A DNA stretch of 64,000 bases from Fimicolochytrium jonesii (GCF_025526975.1 NW_026515680.1:496001-560000), one strand, 5' to 3'. Numbered from the stretch's first letter, positions 1 to 13,705 are shown. Made by a program: numbers and translations. The notes: generated from the sequence alone by a model not told the origin.

Positions 1-3000
1 CACGACAGGAGTAGCCGAATGGTGTCGAACTTGGCCACTGGTGCGAATGTTCGTTGTAGTCAACTCCCTCTTCTTGTGAGAACCCTTGGGCGACTAGCCT
101 GGCCTTGTAGCGTTCGATACTGCCATCAGCATTCGTCTTGATCTTATAAATCCACTTGCATCCGACAAGGTTGCGATCTTTGGGTGCTGGACAGAGCTCC
201 CAGGTGCCGTTCTTGACAACGGACGCGTATTCAGCATCCATGGCTTCCTTCCACTTGTCTGAGTCGTTGGAGTTTAGAGCTTGCTTGAGGGCTTTGGGCT
301 CGGTGTGCAGTACTTCGGTAGCCAGGGCATAGGCAAGGTTGCTTTGACGTATTCGAGTGCTCTGGGAGCGTGTGATGCGTCCGTAGTGCACCAAGTCGTC
401 ATCTTCCTGGTCTTGCTGGTCGTCTAGGTCCTCTGGGGCCTCTGCCCATTGATCAGTGTCAGGTTGTGGGTTGGGAGACGCGTCAGGAAGCTCCGAATCC
501 CCCTCGGCAGCGTGAGGGCGTGATTTGGTGTTGTCTGTGGGCTTGGGTGCGCGTGAAAGGGGGTCAAATTCAAAGCTCGCTAAGCTGTGGTAGGAGCAAG
601 CTGACATGTCTGCATGCGTATCATCATCTTCCAGGCTGTTGGAGAACTTATTCTCATTGAACTGAACATCTCCGGATTCGATAATGGCACCTTGGTCATT
701 AGGTTCGAGTGACTGGCTTTGTTATGATCTCGACGACTGAGGCGGAAGCGAAGTAGAGAAGACAAGGCGAGAGCGATGGGCGACAGGAGATTGTATTGGC
801 GAAACAAGAGACAAGGACCAGAACAAGAGATGAGAAGAACTGGTGTTGATCTGCTGGGGAGGAAGGCAATGGACGAAGAGAGGCCGGCTATTTATAGATA
901 GACAACCCAGCAGATCAAAGAACAACAACAACAACAAGAGAGGACTGGGGGGGGCGCCAGCTATGCTCCTAGAGTGGCCGTGGCGAGCGTAGAGGGCATT
1001 GCTACAGCTGCTGGTTATGGAGAAGTAGTGGGAGGTGTGGAGAAGCCGTGGGGGGATTGGCAAAATGAAAGGAGAGAGGAGGAGTGGCGAGTATTGCGGG
1101 AGGATTGGCGAAATGAGAGGAGAGAGGAGGAGTGGCGATATTGCGGGAGGATTGGCGAAATGAGAGGAGAGAGGGGGAGTGGCATTGACATTGACATTGA
1201 CACTGACATTGACACAGACATTGACACTGACATTGACATTGGCGTTTGACATTGGCGGCTCTCAGTGTGCTGTCATGAGGTAAGCTTATGGTATGGGCGC
1301 GTCGTCCATAACAGGCTATGCTGGAGGAGCTGTAGCCAAACCTTTCCTCGTCTTTTCTTGAGAACCACTGCATAGGCTATGTATCCAAGCACTCTGAGGT
1401 GAAGACGGGTGGGCTTGCGACCAAAGAATGCTTCATATGGTATCTTGAAGTTGTCTTTCGAATATGCCCGGGTGCAAGGAGGGCGTCTGCCCAATATTTA
1501 TGTCCAAGACCAGCCTGGGTGAGTAGGCACCGTGCAACCTCAGTCAGAGTGCGGTTCATGCCTTCCGCTACACCATTCAGCTGTGGAATGTTGGTAGCAG
1601 CGCGCTGGTGTTGTATTCCAGCCCTTCTGAGGGCGATGGTGAACTGGGTGGATTTGTATTTGCGTCCTTTGTCAGATCTGAGGACTTTGATTGGCATCCC
1701 AGTCTGCTTCTGTATAAGAGCCTTGTACTGTTCCCATGCGTCAAAGGTTCTTCACTTGTTATCAATGAGTAATGCAAAATAGGTGCAGCCGCCAAAGGTA
1801 AACATCCTTATGGGCCCACAGAAGTCAGTGTAGATGAATGCCAATACTTCTGTGGCTCAGGTAGCTTGTTTCTTTGGAAAGGGAGCTCTGGACTCCTTGG
1901 AACGCGTGCAGACTTTGCAGATGTGACCATCAAGGTGTCCGGTGACTCTGATGTCATGTTGGTAGCAGTTGGTGAGCTTCTGAACATCTTGGGCATTCAC
2001 ATGACCGAGTATCTGATGTCAGATATGGAGCTCCAATCTCAGGCAGCTGGGCTACTGAGACGAGGTTCTTCGAGTTCAGGTACAAACCAGACTTTTGAAA
2101 GGATGTGTGCTCCCCGAGTGTTCTGATGGTAATGGAGCCTGTTCCGATGGCCAGTACTGACTGGTTGTCAGCTAGCTGGACCTGGATCTCAGTTTCCAGC
2201 GTCTTGCTGTCGTGCAGCCTTTCCTTGACCTGTGTCATGTGGGAGGAGGATCCTGAATGGATAATCCAGCATTCTGCGCTGACTTCGGTGCGCTTAGCAG
2301 CTGCCATGAAGAGGAAGCCACTCCCCTGCAGCCGGAAGAGGAAGCCGGCTTGATTCGCATTGTTGGCTTGAGCTAGCTCTCGTTTCAGCTTCTTACACTT
2401 GTTCTTCCAATGTCCTAAAATGCCTCAGTGATGGCACTTTCCCTTCTTCCTGGCGAACCTGGCTGAACCCCCAGCCTCCTGCTGGTGCCTACCATCCCCA
2501 ACGAAGGCGTTTCCAGTCGATCTGACAGGTTTTGAGTTCTCCTTGCACTCAGCTTCTCCATTCAGAAACATGGCTGTCAAGAACTCCATTTCTAAGTTGT
2601 CCGCCCTGCTTTCCAGGTGCATAATGACTTGTTTGTAGCTGTTCGGTAAGCAGTATATCAAGGTCGTCATGGTATCGTCCTTGGGTACTGGTGCGCTGAT
2701 GCCTCCAGCTGCTGTACGAGCTGTCTGACTTTGTTGATGTGGTCTGTGATCAAGTCTGACTCGTTTATAGTGATGGTAAGGAACTTTTGATGTAGGAAGA
2801 GCTTGCTGGTGAGTCCTTTTCGTTTGTGCACCTCAGCAAGCTTAGACCAGGCTTCCCAAGCTGTCTGAGCTGTATGCACGTGCATAAGCTGAGTGTCGTT
2901 CAGACTGAGGCAGACGTATGCCAAAGCCTTTTCGTCCTTCCTTTCCATCGATTCCTCCATGTTGACCTCAGCACCCTTCCCTTTTGACGTGCTTGCTGTA

Positions 3001-3152
3001 GCAGCACTTCCCTCCTTCTCCTTCTCCCCAGCCTCCACTGCTAACAAAGTCCCTTCGCCTTTAACGTCATCATCATCCTGAACTTCCATGATGATGGTCT
3101 CCCCTTTAAACTTGTCCACCATAAGTTTCGAAGTCTCTGAGTCTTCAGCCAT
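1..3152 (-). pseudogene. Copia gag-pol polyprotein, frameshifted and interrupted by a solo LTR
   Basis: Domain fragments are spread over several frames (ORFs 2667-3152, 2425-2670, 1954-2307, 1377-1697, 1273-1494); RT motifs lie at about 1-340. Confidence 0.9.
720..1313. mobile_element. Solo LTR inserted into copia A just after the integrase core
   Basis: Starts TGTTATG and ends CATAACA (inverted termini). Flanked by GGCTT (715-719) and GGCTA (1314-1318), a 5-bp TSD with one mismatch. It splits the copia GYS..KA..ESGDVQFNE region and has internal tandem repeats and a GACAYT microsatellite. Confidence 0.8.
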
Positions 3153-3423
3153 CGTGTGTGTGTGTGTGGTTGACCTAGATTCATCTGTTTTGATTGTATG
3201 GACACGTTTCTGATGATGTTGTGTCGTTGGACACGTTTTTGGATGTCAAGTAGTGCATATCTCGTCGAGTTGAGCACTTTGGCGCGTTTTTGGTCGAAAA
3301 TTGGTGATTTGCGAATGGTATATTGAGGACAGGGCGAATGTAGCAACCGTAGGGGGTTGGGGACATCTTGAATAGGATTGGCAAAGACAGTTTTACTGAT
3401 GATGAAGGTCAGGGCTCATAACC

Positions 3424-4032
3424 TATTGAAACCTTAGCTAGTATAGGTGTATCTGAGAGGTCACTAAGACTGAATTGCCGATGACTGAGAGACGTGGGCG
3501 CCCAAAGGGCAGTAGTGTGATGTAGAAGACAGTGTTGTAGCTAGAGTAGTGCAGTAGAGAGCGGTGTATTGAAGGGAATAAAGTGAAGGGAGGGGATAAG
3601 CAGCAAGACTGCCTTCCATAGGATTCTGGAGCTACTTTTCTGTGAATCTAGCTATGTGCTAGGGCATCCAAAGCACCCTCTGAGACCCCCTCAAGTTGCC
3701 CAAGGCGTCTCTGAGTGACACAGTTAAGGTTGGTAAGGTTGGTAAGGTTTTGCGAAGTCTGTGTACCCCAGAGTCTACCTGCTGATGCCCCATAGGCTTC
3801 TGCCAAGTCTGCGGAGTGCCCAAAGAGCGTTCTGGGCCATCACAAGCCGAATCTAGCTACTACAACTCGACCACAGGTCCATACAGTCACACCTGACCGC
3901 TATAAGCCCTAAGAACATCATGAAAGCGCAGTTCTGATGCCTGGATGTCTGGTAAACGTTCCAGACATCTTCAGAGCCTTTCCAAAGTCTCGCAGAGCCT
4001 TCCAAGTGCCGCATCTTGATGTTATCTCGATA
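3424..4032 (-). repeat. 5' LTR of copia A
   Basis: Homologous, in inverted orientation, to the split LTR at 4625-5009 plus 13562-13705; abuts the PBS. Confidence 0.85.
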
Positions 4033-4055
4033 GTCCAACAACCTCTCAAACTCAT

Positions 4056-5009
4056 ATGATGCTCAGACTCAGACTGGGGACCAAAAACCACCAATTTCAA
4101 CTCGGTGCGATCCAAGGACCTCTGAAACTCGTAGGATGGTCAGACTCAGACTGGGGAGACTGCCTAGATACTCGGAGACGACCACAGGATACCTCTTCAC
4201 CTTCTGCGGTCCGGTTAGCTGGAAATCACGCAAACAACGCACTGCAGCACTCTCCAGCACTGAAGGCGCTTACATGGCACCCACAGATGCCTGTAAAGAA
4301 GCCATGTGGCTCAGAAACCTACTTGAGGAACTGAGCGCACACCAAGACAAAATGGAGCTTGTCCAAGATCCCACAGTCATCTGGGAAGATGAGCAAAGTA
4401 CCATGGCTCATGCCATGAATCCAGTTCACCATGGAACCAAGTAGATCGACATCAGATACCACTTCATTCGTGAACAAGTTGCACGCAAAACAGTTATCCC
4501 CAAGTACCGCCCAGCAAAGGAGATGATAGCTGACACGCTCACCAAACCCCTGTCCATGCCAGGCTTCACACACCTGAGAGCCGGGATGCACTTGGAGGCT
4601 GCAGAGCCTTCAAGTGAGAGGGAGTATCGAGATGACATCAAGATGCGGCACTTGGAAGGTTCAGCAAGGCATAGGACGCGTCTGGGAAGGCTCTGAGATG
4701 TCTGGAATGTTTATCAGACATCCAGGCATCAGAACTGCGCTTTCTTGAGTTGTTAGAGCTCATAGTAGGCTGGGGTGACCGTATGGAGCTGTGATCAAGT
4801 TGTGGTAGATAGATTAGGCTTGTGATGGTCTGCAGCACTTTCCGCAGACTCAGCAGACCTCTTAGAAACGCATAGGGCATCAGCAGGTAGACCATAAGGC
4901 TACACAGACTTGGCCAACCTTAGTAATGCTGTTGCGGCACTCCAAGACGTTTTGGGCATCCTGAGGGGGTCTCAGGAGTGTCTTGGACACCCCAGGCATG
5001 GTTAGAAAC
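4056..5009 (+). mobile_element. Copia fragment B: RNase H, polypurine tract and first part of the 3' LTR
   Basis: LVGWSDSDWG..DTRR, TTGYLF..VSWKSRKQRTAALSSTE and MIADTLTKPL motifs; purine tract GTGAGAGGGAG; LTR from 4625, homologous to 3424-4032. Confidence 0.9.
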
Positions 5010-5544
5010 ACTTATCAGTAGTCGGCAGAGGAAGCAGATGACTGAGCGAATTCTATGTTGTGTGAGATGTACTGTGAAGTATGTAATGAAGTCTGAAGTA
5101 GAAAGAGGACGCGAGGTCCGGAGGGGAAGAAAAGAGTGAAGTCCCGTACGCGGAAGCGTGGCGTAAGCGGGAGGGAAGTCACGTGAGGAAATCAACAAGT
5201 CTACCTAAGTGAAAGATAAATCAAAACAATGAGTAGAATGTGATCGTACGCAAGAAGCGGGCGGTCGCGGGATGTTTATGATACGCCGGTATGGTAGCGA
5301 AGACCTTGATTACCAGATGTATGGGTAAGCGCGACGGTGCGGGTTCCTTGAAGGTAACACATTGATGTGAAGTACATCATTCCAGTCGGCTTGGATTCGG
5401 AGCTGAGACCCGACGACGAAGCGGAGCCGACGGCAGTCGAATTATCCCAGCGCCGGGATGCCCACATGAGGGCCCCACTGCTTCCGGGTAGTAGAGGAGC
5501 GTGTTGAAATGGGGAACTCAGAGGCGGGTCGGTTACGCACTGAA

Positions 5545-5670
5545 ATGGCGCATGGCGTGGAAGCCGGGGTATGCTGGAATGGCGCATGGCGCGGAAGCCG
5601 GGGTACGCTGGAATGGCGCATGGCGTGGAAGCCAGGGTACGCTGGAATGGCGCATGGCGTGGAAGCCGGG
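5545..5670. repeat. ~28-33-bp tandem repeat (GCTGGAATGGCGCATGGCGTGGAAGCCGGGGTAC-like), about 4 copies
   Basis: Directly visible; lies inside element C. Confidence 0.85.
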
Positions 5671-6090
5671 GTAGCGTTGTGTTGTCCAAATCGGGCGGGT
5701 AATCCGTTGATTGGGTAACGTCGCTGATTCACTTTATCAGTGCATTTTGCAATTAATATAAGAGGTTTGCCTTATCTGTGCATTTTGCAGCTGATGTACG
5801 AGGCTGGGTAAGACCGGGAGCCGATAACATGTCGCGCAGAGCGAGCGCGTTGCCGCCGGACGTAGGGTGCATGAGAATACCCGCGAGTCCAATAAGGCGG
5901 TGGTGGTCTTAAGCGAAGATGGATCCAGATCCGCAATATATGGGGTCTTGTAATCCGTACAGCCCGAAGTTCGCCTTTCGCTTTGCAGAGGTGGACGTCG
6001 TGTGTGGCTGGTACCCCGATTTGAACATACATGACGTGCGCCACGGAAGGGGCAGCGAAGGCCACCTTCTTATTGTTTGATGGGGATGTT

Positions 6091-9000
6091 TGTGATGTGG
6101 ACTACCTTCCACACGGGTTGTTCAACTGATGTTCGTATACAATAAATACTTTGCTGTAAGGTATTGTAAACGGACTGGGTGTTCGTCGGCTCTGCTATGC
6201 GATATGTAGTAAAAGAACTACTTGTTGTGCATAGGAACGCGCTACGAGCACTGTTAAACTACCCATCAGGTCGGAGTCCACTGGAGAACACGCTCCAGTG
6301 AGGCATTAAAAGAATTAAAACCTCGAATCCACTGGAAAACACTGTCTGGGACATGTCTCGCACTCCTAGCAAGACATGTCTCGCCGACACGACGTTCTCC
6401 AACTAGACCTGACAACCCACATTACACCCCCCCCCCCAGATTCTACGACGCGAACCTGCCAGCAAGCTCAAGCAGAGTAGAATATGAAGGTGTCCGGGAT
6501 CGCACCCAGCGCAATCCTTACTGGTCCTTGTCATCGTCAGTCCAAATAACCATGGTTGTGCAGCGAATAACCATGGTTATGCAGCAAAATAACCATGGTT
6601 CTGCCACTGGACGTCAGAGTAGTGTGTCGTTCAGGAAAGCTTTCCAGAAGACCGTCGTGGGTAGCGACGCTTGCAAACCATTCTAAATTAATGGTATTTG
6701 CCATCCACGCTACCTGCTACCGGCAGCGGATATCCCAGCTGTGAATGCAACGGGTGTGCTGTATCGCACGTTGCCTAATACAAGTTGTCGGGCAATGGAT
6801 GTACACAACCATCGAGCCAACGACGCTCTGTCGCTCAGAGTCAACGCCTATGTGTATCTCCGGGCATACACACCATCGAGTCTCCAGGAGAGATCAGTTC
6901 CTGCTTAGGGTTAGGGTTAGGGTTACGGACGGCAGCCGTAAACGCATTTACCCTATGCGGATGTCGTTTACCATCAAGGGGTCATGTTAACACTTGTTTT
7001 GTGTAGCACGTTGCAATCCCTTTCACAGCTTTTGACTTATGTCCAACGATATCATGAACGAGAGTTGCTCTGCTGGATTACAGCGATATCCGATGTTTTT
7101 TATGGACAGAAGGTCCCATCCAGCTACAGATCATTCATGGCCCTCAGCCAACCGTGCACTCTTGCATCGCAGAGCCTCAAGTCCCTTAGAGCGCTTCCGC
7201 TTTCGCTTATCTGTAACGGATTCTACTTCACCATGGACCAAGATGAAATCGTCTAACGCAGCGCAGTCTTTCACTCGCTCGTGCGTTTCCCACGTTGTCT
7301 GCTCAGGTGGGTAACCAACCCACTGAACGAGATACTCAGGTTTTCCATGGACCAACCTACATCCGATAATCTTATCGACATAGTATTCTTCCTCGCCTTC
7401 GACTTGGACGGGCCCTGGGTTAGAGTCCTCTACATCGTCGATGCGCAGCGGATCTGAAGTCGGCTCGTGCGAAGGCTTTAAGATATCCATATGGAAGACC
7501 GGGTATAAAGCGCCCATCAAAGCTGGCGGCTCTAACTCGTACGTTTCCGGGTGTGGTCCTTCCTTCTTCACGATGAAGGGTCCTAGCCAGCTCTGTCTAA
7601 ACTTGAGCGGCTTCTTATTGAAAGCAGGGATCGTTATCCCGTCGCTGTTCAACAGGACTTTATCTCCTGGACAAAAGCTCTGTACACGACGTCCACAATC
7701 GTGATACTTTGCTTGTTTGTCCTGGGCTTCCCGCAGTTTCTGCTGCACTATGAGTTCAATGGATCGGTATGCCTCAGCACGCTCCTCCATCTGTTTGATG
7801 AGCTCACGTGGTGACTTATGCAAGAATGGGATCGATATATCGTCCATACGTTGCAACACCTTTGCGTCAACTTGCCAATGCATCGGCACATGCGGAATTC
7901 TACCCAAATCAACCTCGAAAGGGCAGTATCCAGTGCTGTTCTGCGTACGGTTGTAGGCAAACTCCAACATCGGCAGTTTGTCAACCCAATCGTCTCCCGT
8001 TACATTAAGGTACGGTTTAATCATCTTCTTCAAGATAGAGATACACCGTTCGACCTTTCCGTCCGTCTGTTGGTGTCGTGCCGTGCTCAAGCTCTGCTTG
8101 GAGCCCAACAACGATTGAAACGCCTTCCAGAAGTCTGCCAGGTAGCGGGGATCTCGATCTCCGACGATCACAGCTGCAGTACCTGTATGGGGCCATACCT
8201 CACGGAAGTAAAGATGGGCCAACTCCTCGGCAGATATTGTGGATTTCGCAGGTATAAAGTATGTGCGCCCTGACAGATAGTCGATGAAGACAATAATACT
8301 GTCGTAAAACGCATCACTACGCACCTTCCCCCCCCCACGACCGTGTTATTGGCATCGAGACAGGATCCATACCCATCGTGTGCCAACGTCGGTCGGGAAC
8401 TGGGAGCGAACGAAGTAAGCCAACGCGCTTATTGTTCGGCGACTTGAACCTTTGGCAAGACCCACAAGTCTTGATGTACCCTCTCACATCTGCGTCAATA
8501 TCGGGCCAGTAAAACTCACGTAGGAGTTTGCCCAATGTACCTTGTACCCCCGTATGCGAGCCAGAGAGCAACGAGTTGTGGTACGCCTGCAATACAGTCC
8601 CTCATAAAGCAGCTGGCACATAGAACTTATCGTGGTACAGTAAACGACCATAGTCATTGATCGAAAAACGGCGATCGAATGTAGACTGTCGTTCGTTCGG
8701 CTGTGACAACGCCTCTTTCCGCAAAGTGAAGTTCTCATCAGCCTCCAAGGTTTGTATCCAATCCTCAAGCGTAACATTCCCCAAAGGAATATACTCGACG
8801 GACATCCCCATGGCCGCAGCGATTTCCACTCGCTTGTTACACTCGGCGCAGCGAGGAGCATAATAAGGATTACGACTCAACACATCCGCGACGGTGTTCC
8901 AACAACCAGGTTGATATTGAATATCAAACTTGAATTGTTGCAGGAATTCAACCCATTGTGCTTGGCGATGGCTCAGGAAGAGCTGTGTCTGCAGCCAGAC

Positions 9001-12000
9001 CAAACTAGCGTGATCGGTGAACGCACGAAACGGGCAGTCATTCGTCCGATCCTGCAAGTAATGCCTGTTCGCCTTGCATATGCTAACCAGAGCTAATAGC
9101 TCTTGTTCGTGCACGGGGTAACGTGTTTCAGCGGGTTGCATCTTCCGCCCAAAGAAAGCTATGGGCTTTAACAGTGGCAGATTCTTAAATCCCTTCACTG
9201 AGGTAGGCAACGGTGATGGGTACTTCTCCGATGGATCCGCCGGCTGGGCGAGCCATCTTCCTATTGCAAAACCCGATGCATACGTGAACACGTATAAATC
9301 TCGCTCCGGGTCGTAAGACACAAGCGTAGGAGCTGTAATAATAGCTTCCTTCAGCTCAGCAAAAGCCGTCTCTTCCACATTGCCCCAGTGCCAAGGCCTT
9401 TTGCCCGCATCGTACATCTTCCCTCATATCTTATTGATTAACCGTTGGAACGTTGCTGGCGCATTCGTCAACCCAAATGGCATAACCAAATACTCAAAAT
9501 GACCAAACCGCGTCTGAAACGCTGTTTTGTCTCTATCAGCCTTGCGAACCAAGAGGCAGTGATACGCATCTTTGATATCCAACAAATACTTGAACTTCTT
9601 TCCACGTAAACGAGCCCGCATCTCTGCAAGATTTGGTAACGGCGTACGATCCTTTATCGTTGCTTTATTCAGCCCACGATAGTCGATGCACATACGGAGA
9701 CTGCCATCCTTTTTCTTAGCGAATAACACTGCGGCGCCCCACGGGCTCTGCAAGTGCTGAATCCAACCGCGCTCAAGCATGAGGGTCACCTTCTCATTCA
9801 GCTCTTTGAGTTCGGCTTCGCTCATATGTCGTAAAGGATTAAAGACTGGTTTCGTACCAGGCTCCAGCTCGATATGGAAGTTATCCTCTCCTCTATCAGG
9901 CGGCAACTCGGCGTGCTCGACAAACAAACTATCCACGTACTTCTCTACCGTTGGATAAAGAAGGTGATCCGATGGCATGCCCAAATCAACCTTCTGTCCT
10001 GCAGCTTCGCTCATTTGAACCTCTGGCTCTGGTTCGGCGCAATCGCGCTCATCTGCGGGGACATAAGCTGGTGACGCATTCACTGCAGCTTCTATGTCCA
10101 TAGCGTACGCTCTGTAACACTTCCCATACACCTTTTTTCGAGATAAGCAAGTGAACTTCTGATAAGTTACATCCTACACTCGAGTCTTCTTGTTCAGGCA
10201 TCGCCGCCTTGAATCGTTTAGACTTCTTTCTGATGTCAAAGGACCGCAGATCGGTCGCATTACAGGATGACTGGGATTCCCACTTCCTAGTTACTGGTTT
10301 GGCAACCAGGGTATGTTCAACTTCATCCGAACGGAATTGTAGAACAGGAATCTCGTCTTCTATGTGCTCGAAACGAACATCGTTTGTAGATCGCCACAAA
10401 ATAACTTGTGGGCGTTGAATGTATGGCCGTTGTCGCCCCAGGCGACATCAATGGGCATTTTAGGGTTACAGGTTTGGAAACCATGTTTCGACACCCATCC
10501 CTGACGTACCATCAGTGTTGTGCATCCCGTATCGATCAGAATACGACAAAACTTGCCATTCAACTTGCCATGAACTACAAATGCACATCGTGCGATCAAC
10601 GCATCGGGTTGCAGTTGCAGTGCTTCAGGCCTAGTCTTCAAAACGGTTTCAGTGTCGTCTGGCCGGCACAGGCGCGCCCCCGCAGCAGACGTATTGCCAC
10701 AATCAACCAGTATACCATCAGCGCACGGAGATCGTCAACATCGCTGTAGCGGGGGGGTTACCAGCAGGAGGTGGAGGAGGTCCACCGAACTGGATACCCT
10801 CCATTTGGACAGGGCCCGTCGTTCGAGGAGGAAGGCGAACTTCAACACGAGGTTCGTCCACTGAAGTCTCCGACTCCTCAACAATCTCAGTAATAACAGC
10901 TGTATCTCCAGGAGTAGTTTCCTCACTGCTGGTAACTGTACTACCCGTTGACGTACTCATGACGACCTTCTGGCTAGTGTAATCCCGTTTTCAGGTTGAA
11001 GAACCTCAAACAACGACGAAGACATCCAGAATGCGGACAGAAGTACTCCGTTGATGTTGTATAGCTCAGTACCTCGAGCAAGTACACACAAACAACTAGG
11101 TTTCGAATCGGGTATATGCTGTATGCAATAACCAAAATTCGGGCATAGATTTTCCCTCTTTTTGAGCAAAAAATCCCCAAAATCCACCGTGTCCGATGTC
11201 AACGGGTTTTGGCTGCGTTGATCCTAGACAGGATCTGAAGCTATTAGTTTAAAGAGGCCTTTGAGAGGATCAAGAAGAACCTTAACCGCTTAGCTCTGTC
11301 CCAAAACTGAAAGACTTTCTCTATCTGCCCGTTTTCGCTTAAGTATCGAATTAACGACGAAGGCGATGACGGATAACTCGTTTTGCAGTGATTCAAAAAT
11401 CCCAAAACGTTCAGGTAGATTCAAGATAATTCTATAGATTGGGAAGAACCTTATCGGGGGTCGTTTCGGTCAAAACTGTGATAGTTTTGCTATATGGAGG
11501 TTATAGTGGCGACGATTTAGCGCGTTTTTTGATATCTCCGTATCTGTAGGTCGAATCTCTTTGAAACTTTCACAAGTCTTCAAGGTCAGTGTGCTCTACG
11601 AGGTTTCCGAGTTTGAAGGGGATCCAATTACTGGGGTAGATTTTCGATCCGTGGACGCATTACGAATTGGCTACTAGTAAACACGCGTTTATGTCGACTA
11701 CGTGTCGACCGTTGAACGTATACTCTCAAGATGTTGATATACCGCAAGAGTAACGTGTGGATGGCAAACTGTGAGTTACGGAGGTTTGTTTAACCATCCA
11801 GGTACAAAAAGCGAGGTGGTTGCCACGTATCGATCGTTCCACTAGGTAAATAACCTAGAGGTCGGCGCTTTTCGACTATAGCGCACCAGGGGCTTCAGGA
11901 GTTACGGTGGACGTTATCCTGGACGTCCTGAAGATTTGAATCGTCTAGAATGATTGTATCGACGTTCTGTGACGATTGCTACGTCCGCAATTTCGAGATG

Positions 12001-12399
12001 CTGAAGTTGCCGACGTGTTTATCTACTAGGAAGCTCGTTTTGTTTGAACGAGTGGTGCTACCATGTGATGTGGACTACCTTCCACACGGGTTGTTTAACT
12101 GATGTTCGTATACAATAACTACTTTGCTGTAAGGTATTGTAGACGGACTGGGTGTTCGTCGGCTCTGCTATGCGATATGTAGTAAAAGAACTACTTGTTG
12201 TGCATAGGAACACGCGACGAGCACTGTTAAAGTACCCATGAGCTCGGAGTCCACTGGAGAACACTCTCCAGTGAGGCATTAAAAGAATTAAAACCTCGAA
12301 CCCACTGGAGAACACTGTCTGGGACATGTCTCGCACTCCTAGCGAGACATGTCTCGCCGACACGTCGTTCTCCATCTAGACCGGACAACCCACATTACA
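6091..12399 (-). mobile_element. Ty3/gypsy chromovirus-type LTR retrotransposon, nested in element C
   Basis: 336-bp TG...CA LTRs at 6091-6426 and 12064-12399; perfect ATGTT TSD (6086-6090, 12400-12404); PBS-like TGGTAGCA next to the 5' LTR; poly-G purine tract next to the 3' LTR. Confidence 0.95.
7131..10960 (-). pseudogene. Gypsy gag-pol remnant: protease, truncated RT, RNase H, integrase, chromodomain
   Basis: ILIDTG protease; LRMCIDYRGLNK and MPFGLTNAPATFQ RT, deleted at ~9420 before YxDD; EQELLA and TDHASL RNase H; H-H-C-C, GDRDPRY and QTDGKVER integrase; WLGPF; chromodomain YYVDKII..EYLVQWVGY..TWE. Confidence 0.95.
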
Positions 12400-13561
12400 A
12401 TGTTACTGGAGTAACTTTCCTCAGAGGTTCACTTCTCTGAGGGATTCTTGCGAAAGGAGGGCCCTGAGTACCGTATGGCTGACGTTCTGGGGCTTGATAA
12501 GCGTATGGAGCAGTGCAGGGCGTTGCGCGCTGAGAAGGCGCATGGGGTGCCGGTGACAACGGGGTCATATATAGCGCATGGGGTGGCCTCCGAGGTTCAC
12601 TTCCTAGATAAAATCTCGCGAAAGGACGGCCTTGAGTGCCTGTTTGAATGGGTGGCTTTTGTTCCGGGGCTCGATAAGCGTATGGGACGGAGCAAGCCGG
12701 AGCGCGCAGAGAGCGCGCATGGGGTGGCCTTAGAGGTTCACTTCCGTGATCAGCGGAAGGAGGGCCTTGAGTGCCAGGTTGAGGTGCCAAGTAATTAGAA
12801 CAAGGGCTGAATACCGGCGATGGGGTGAGCGGGTTCACGGGGGGGACAGTAGGTCCGCCTCGTTGAGGCACTCGCTCCTGATTCAAGAGATAGGTAGTAA
12901 CTAGTCCAGTCACAGCAGCGTAACTAGTCCAGCCAAAGCGTTCCTCTCGGCGAAGAAGCCTGTCCTGCTTGATTGGAATATATCCTGCCTGACTGGGATC
13001 CATTGTGGGTCCGTCAGGAGGGGGTTGTCGGTTTCCGTGCGTCCGCGCGATTCGGGCGCATCCACATAAGGCGTGGTTGCATCCTTCAACTCTGCCAAAG
13101 TCGCAGAAAACTCCTCCTTCCTCTTCCTCTAGTAGCCGGCGGGAGTGGGTTCAGGAGAGCTCTCCCTTGAGAGCGCAAATTAGGGGCGGAGGGTTTGCCG
13201 GATGCTAATGCAGCAGAGCGTGCTTTCTGAGTTTGGTTTGTTGAACCAGTGACGGAAGACCGACCAAGAGTTCTTTATCTATCCTGACCCACCCGCTAGT
13301 AGCGGGCGGAGCCAGGGCTCATAACCACTTAGCAGTAGTCAGCAGAGGAAGCAGATGACTGAGCTAACTCTATGTTTTGCGAGATGTAGTACTGTGAAGT
13401 ATGTATTAAAGTCTGAAGTAGAAAGAGGACGCGAGGTCCGAAGGGGAAGAGAAGAGTGAAGTCCCGTACGCGGAAGGGTGGCGTAAGCGGGAGGGAAGTC
13501 ACGTGAGGAACTAAACTACGGGAACCCTAACCGGGGACTTGGGAGGATGATACCTCCAACA

Positions 13562-13705
13562 GAAACCACTCTAAAAGGCAGTCCTGCTGCATATCCCCTC
13601 CCTTCACTTTATCCCCATCAATACACATCTCTCTACTGCACCATTCTAGCTACAACACTGCAACACTCTAGCTCAGATACACCCATATCAGCTAAGGTTT
13701 CAACA
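13562..13705 (+). repeat. Remainder of the copia B 3' LTR, split off by an 8.5-kb nested insertion
   Basis: Continues the homology to the element A LTR and ends GCTAAGGTTTCAACA. Confidence 0.8.

Larger units (their letters stand above)
1..4032 (-). mobile_element. Degenerate Ty1/copia LTR retrotransposon (element A), running off the left edge
   Basis: Minus-strand order: LTR (4032-3424), primer-binding site (PBS) GGTTATGAGCCC (3423-3412), gag fragments (WKFRM.., TAWEAWSKL, KKGKCHH), protease (WIIHSGSSSHMT), integrase (IKVLRSDKG, PQLNGVAEGMNRTL), RT (WKEAMDAEY..NGTWEL..GCKWIYKIK..RYKARLVAQGFSQ). Integrase lies before RT, the copia order. Confidence 0.95.
5010..13561 (-). mobile_element. Non-autonomous LTR element C with a copia-type PBS, inserted in the LTR of B
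   Basis: Direct repeats at 5010-~5190 and 13327-~13510; PBS GGTTATGAGCCC at 13326-13315; GAAAC TSD at 5005-5009 and 13562-13566. The interior has only tandem repeats and no recognisable pol of its own. Confidence 0.75.

Noticed and set aside
722..1373. CQCQ, VNVS and DIDT repeat ORFs
   Set aside because: Translations of the microsatellite in the solo LTR.
6906..6926. Telomere (TTAGGG)3
   Set aside because: Only three units, internal to the gypsy 3' region; not a chromosome end.
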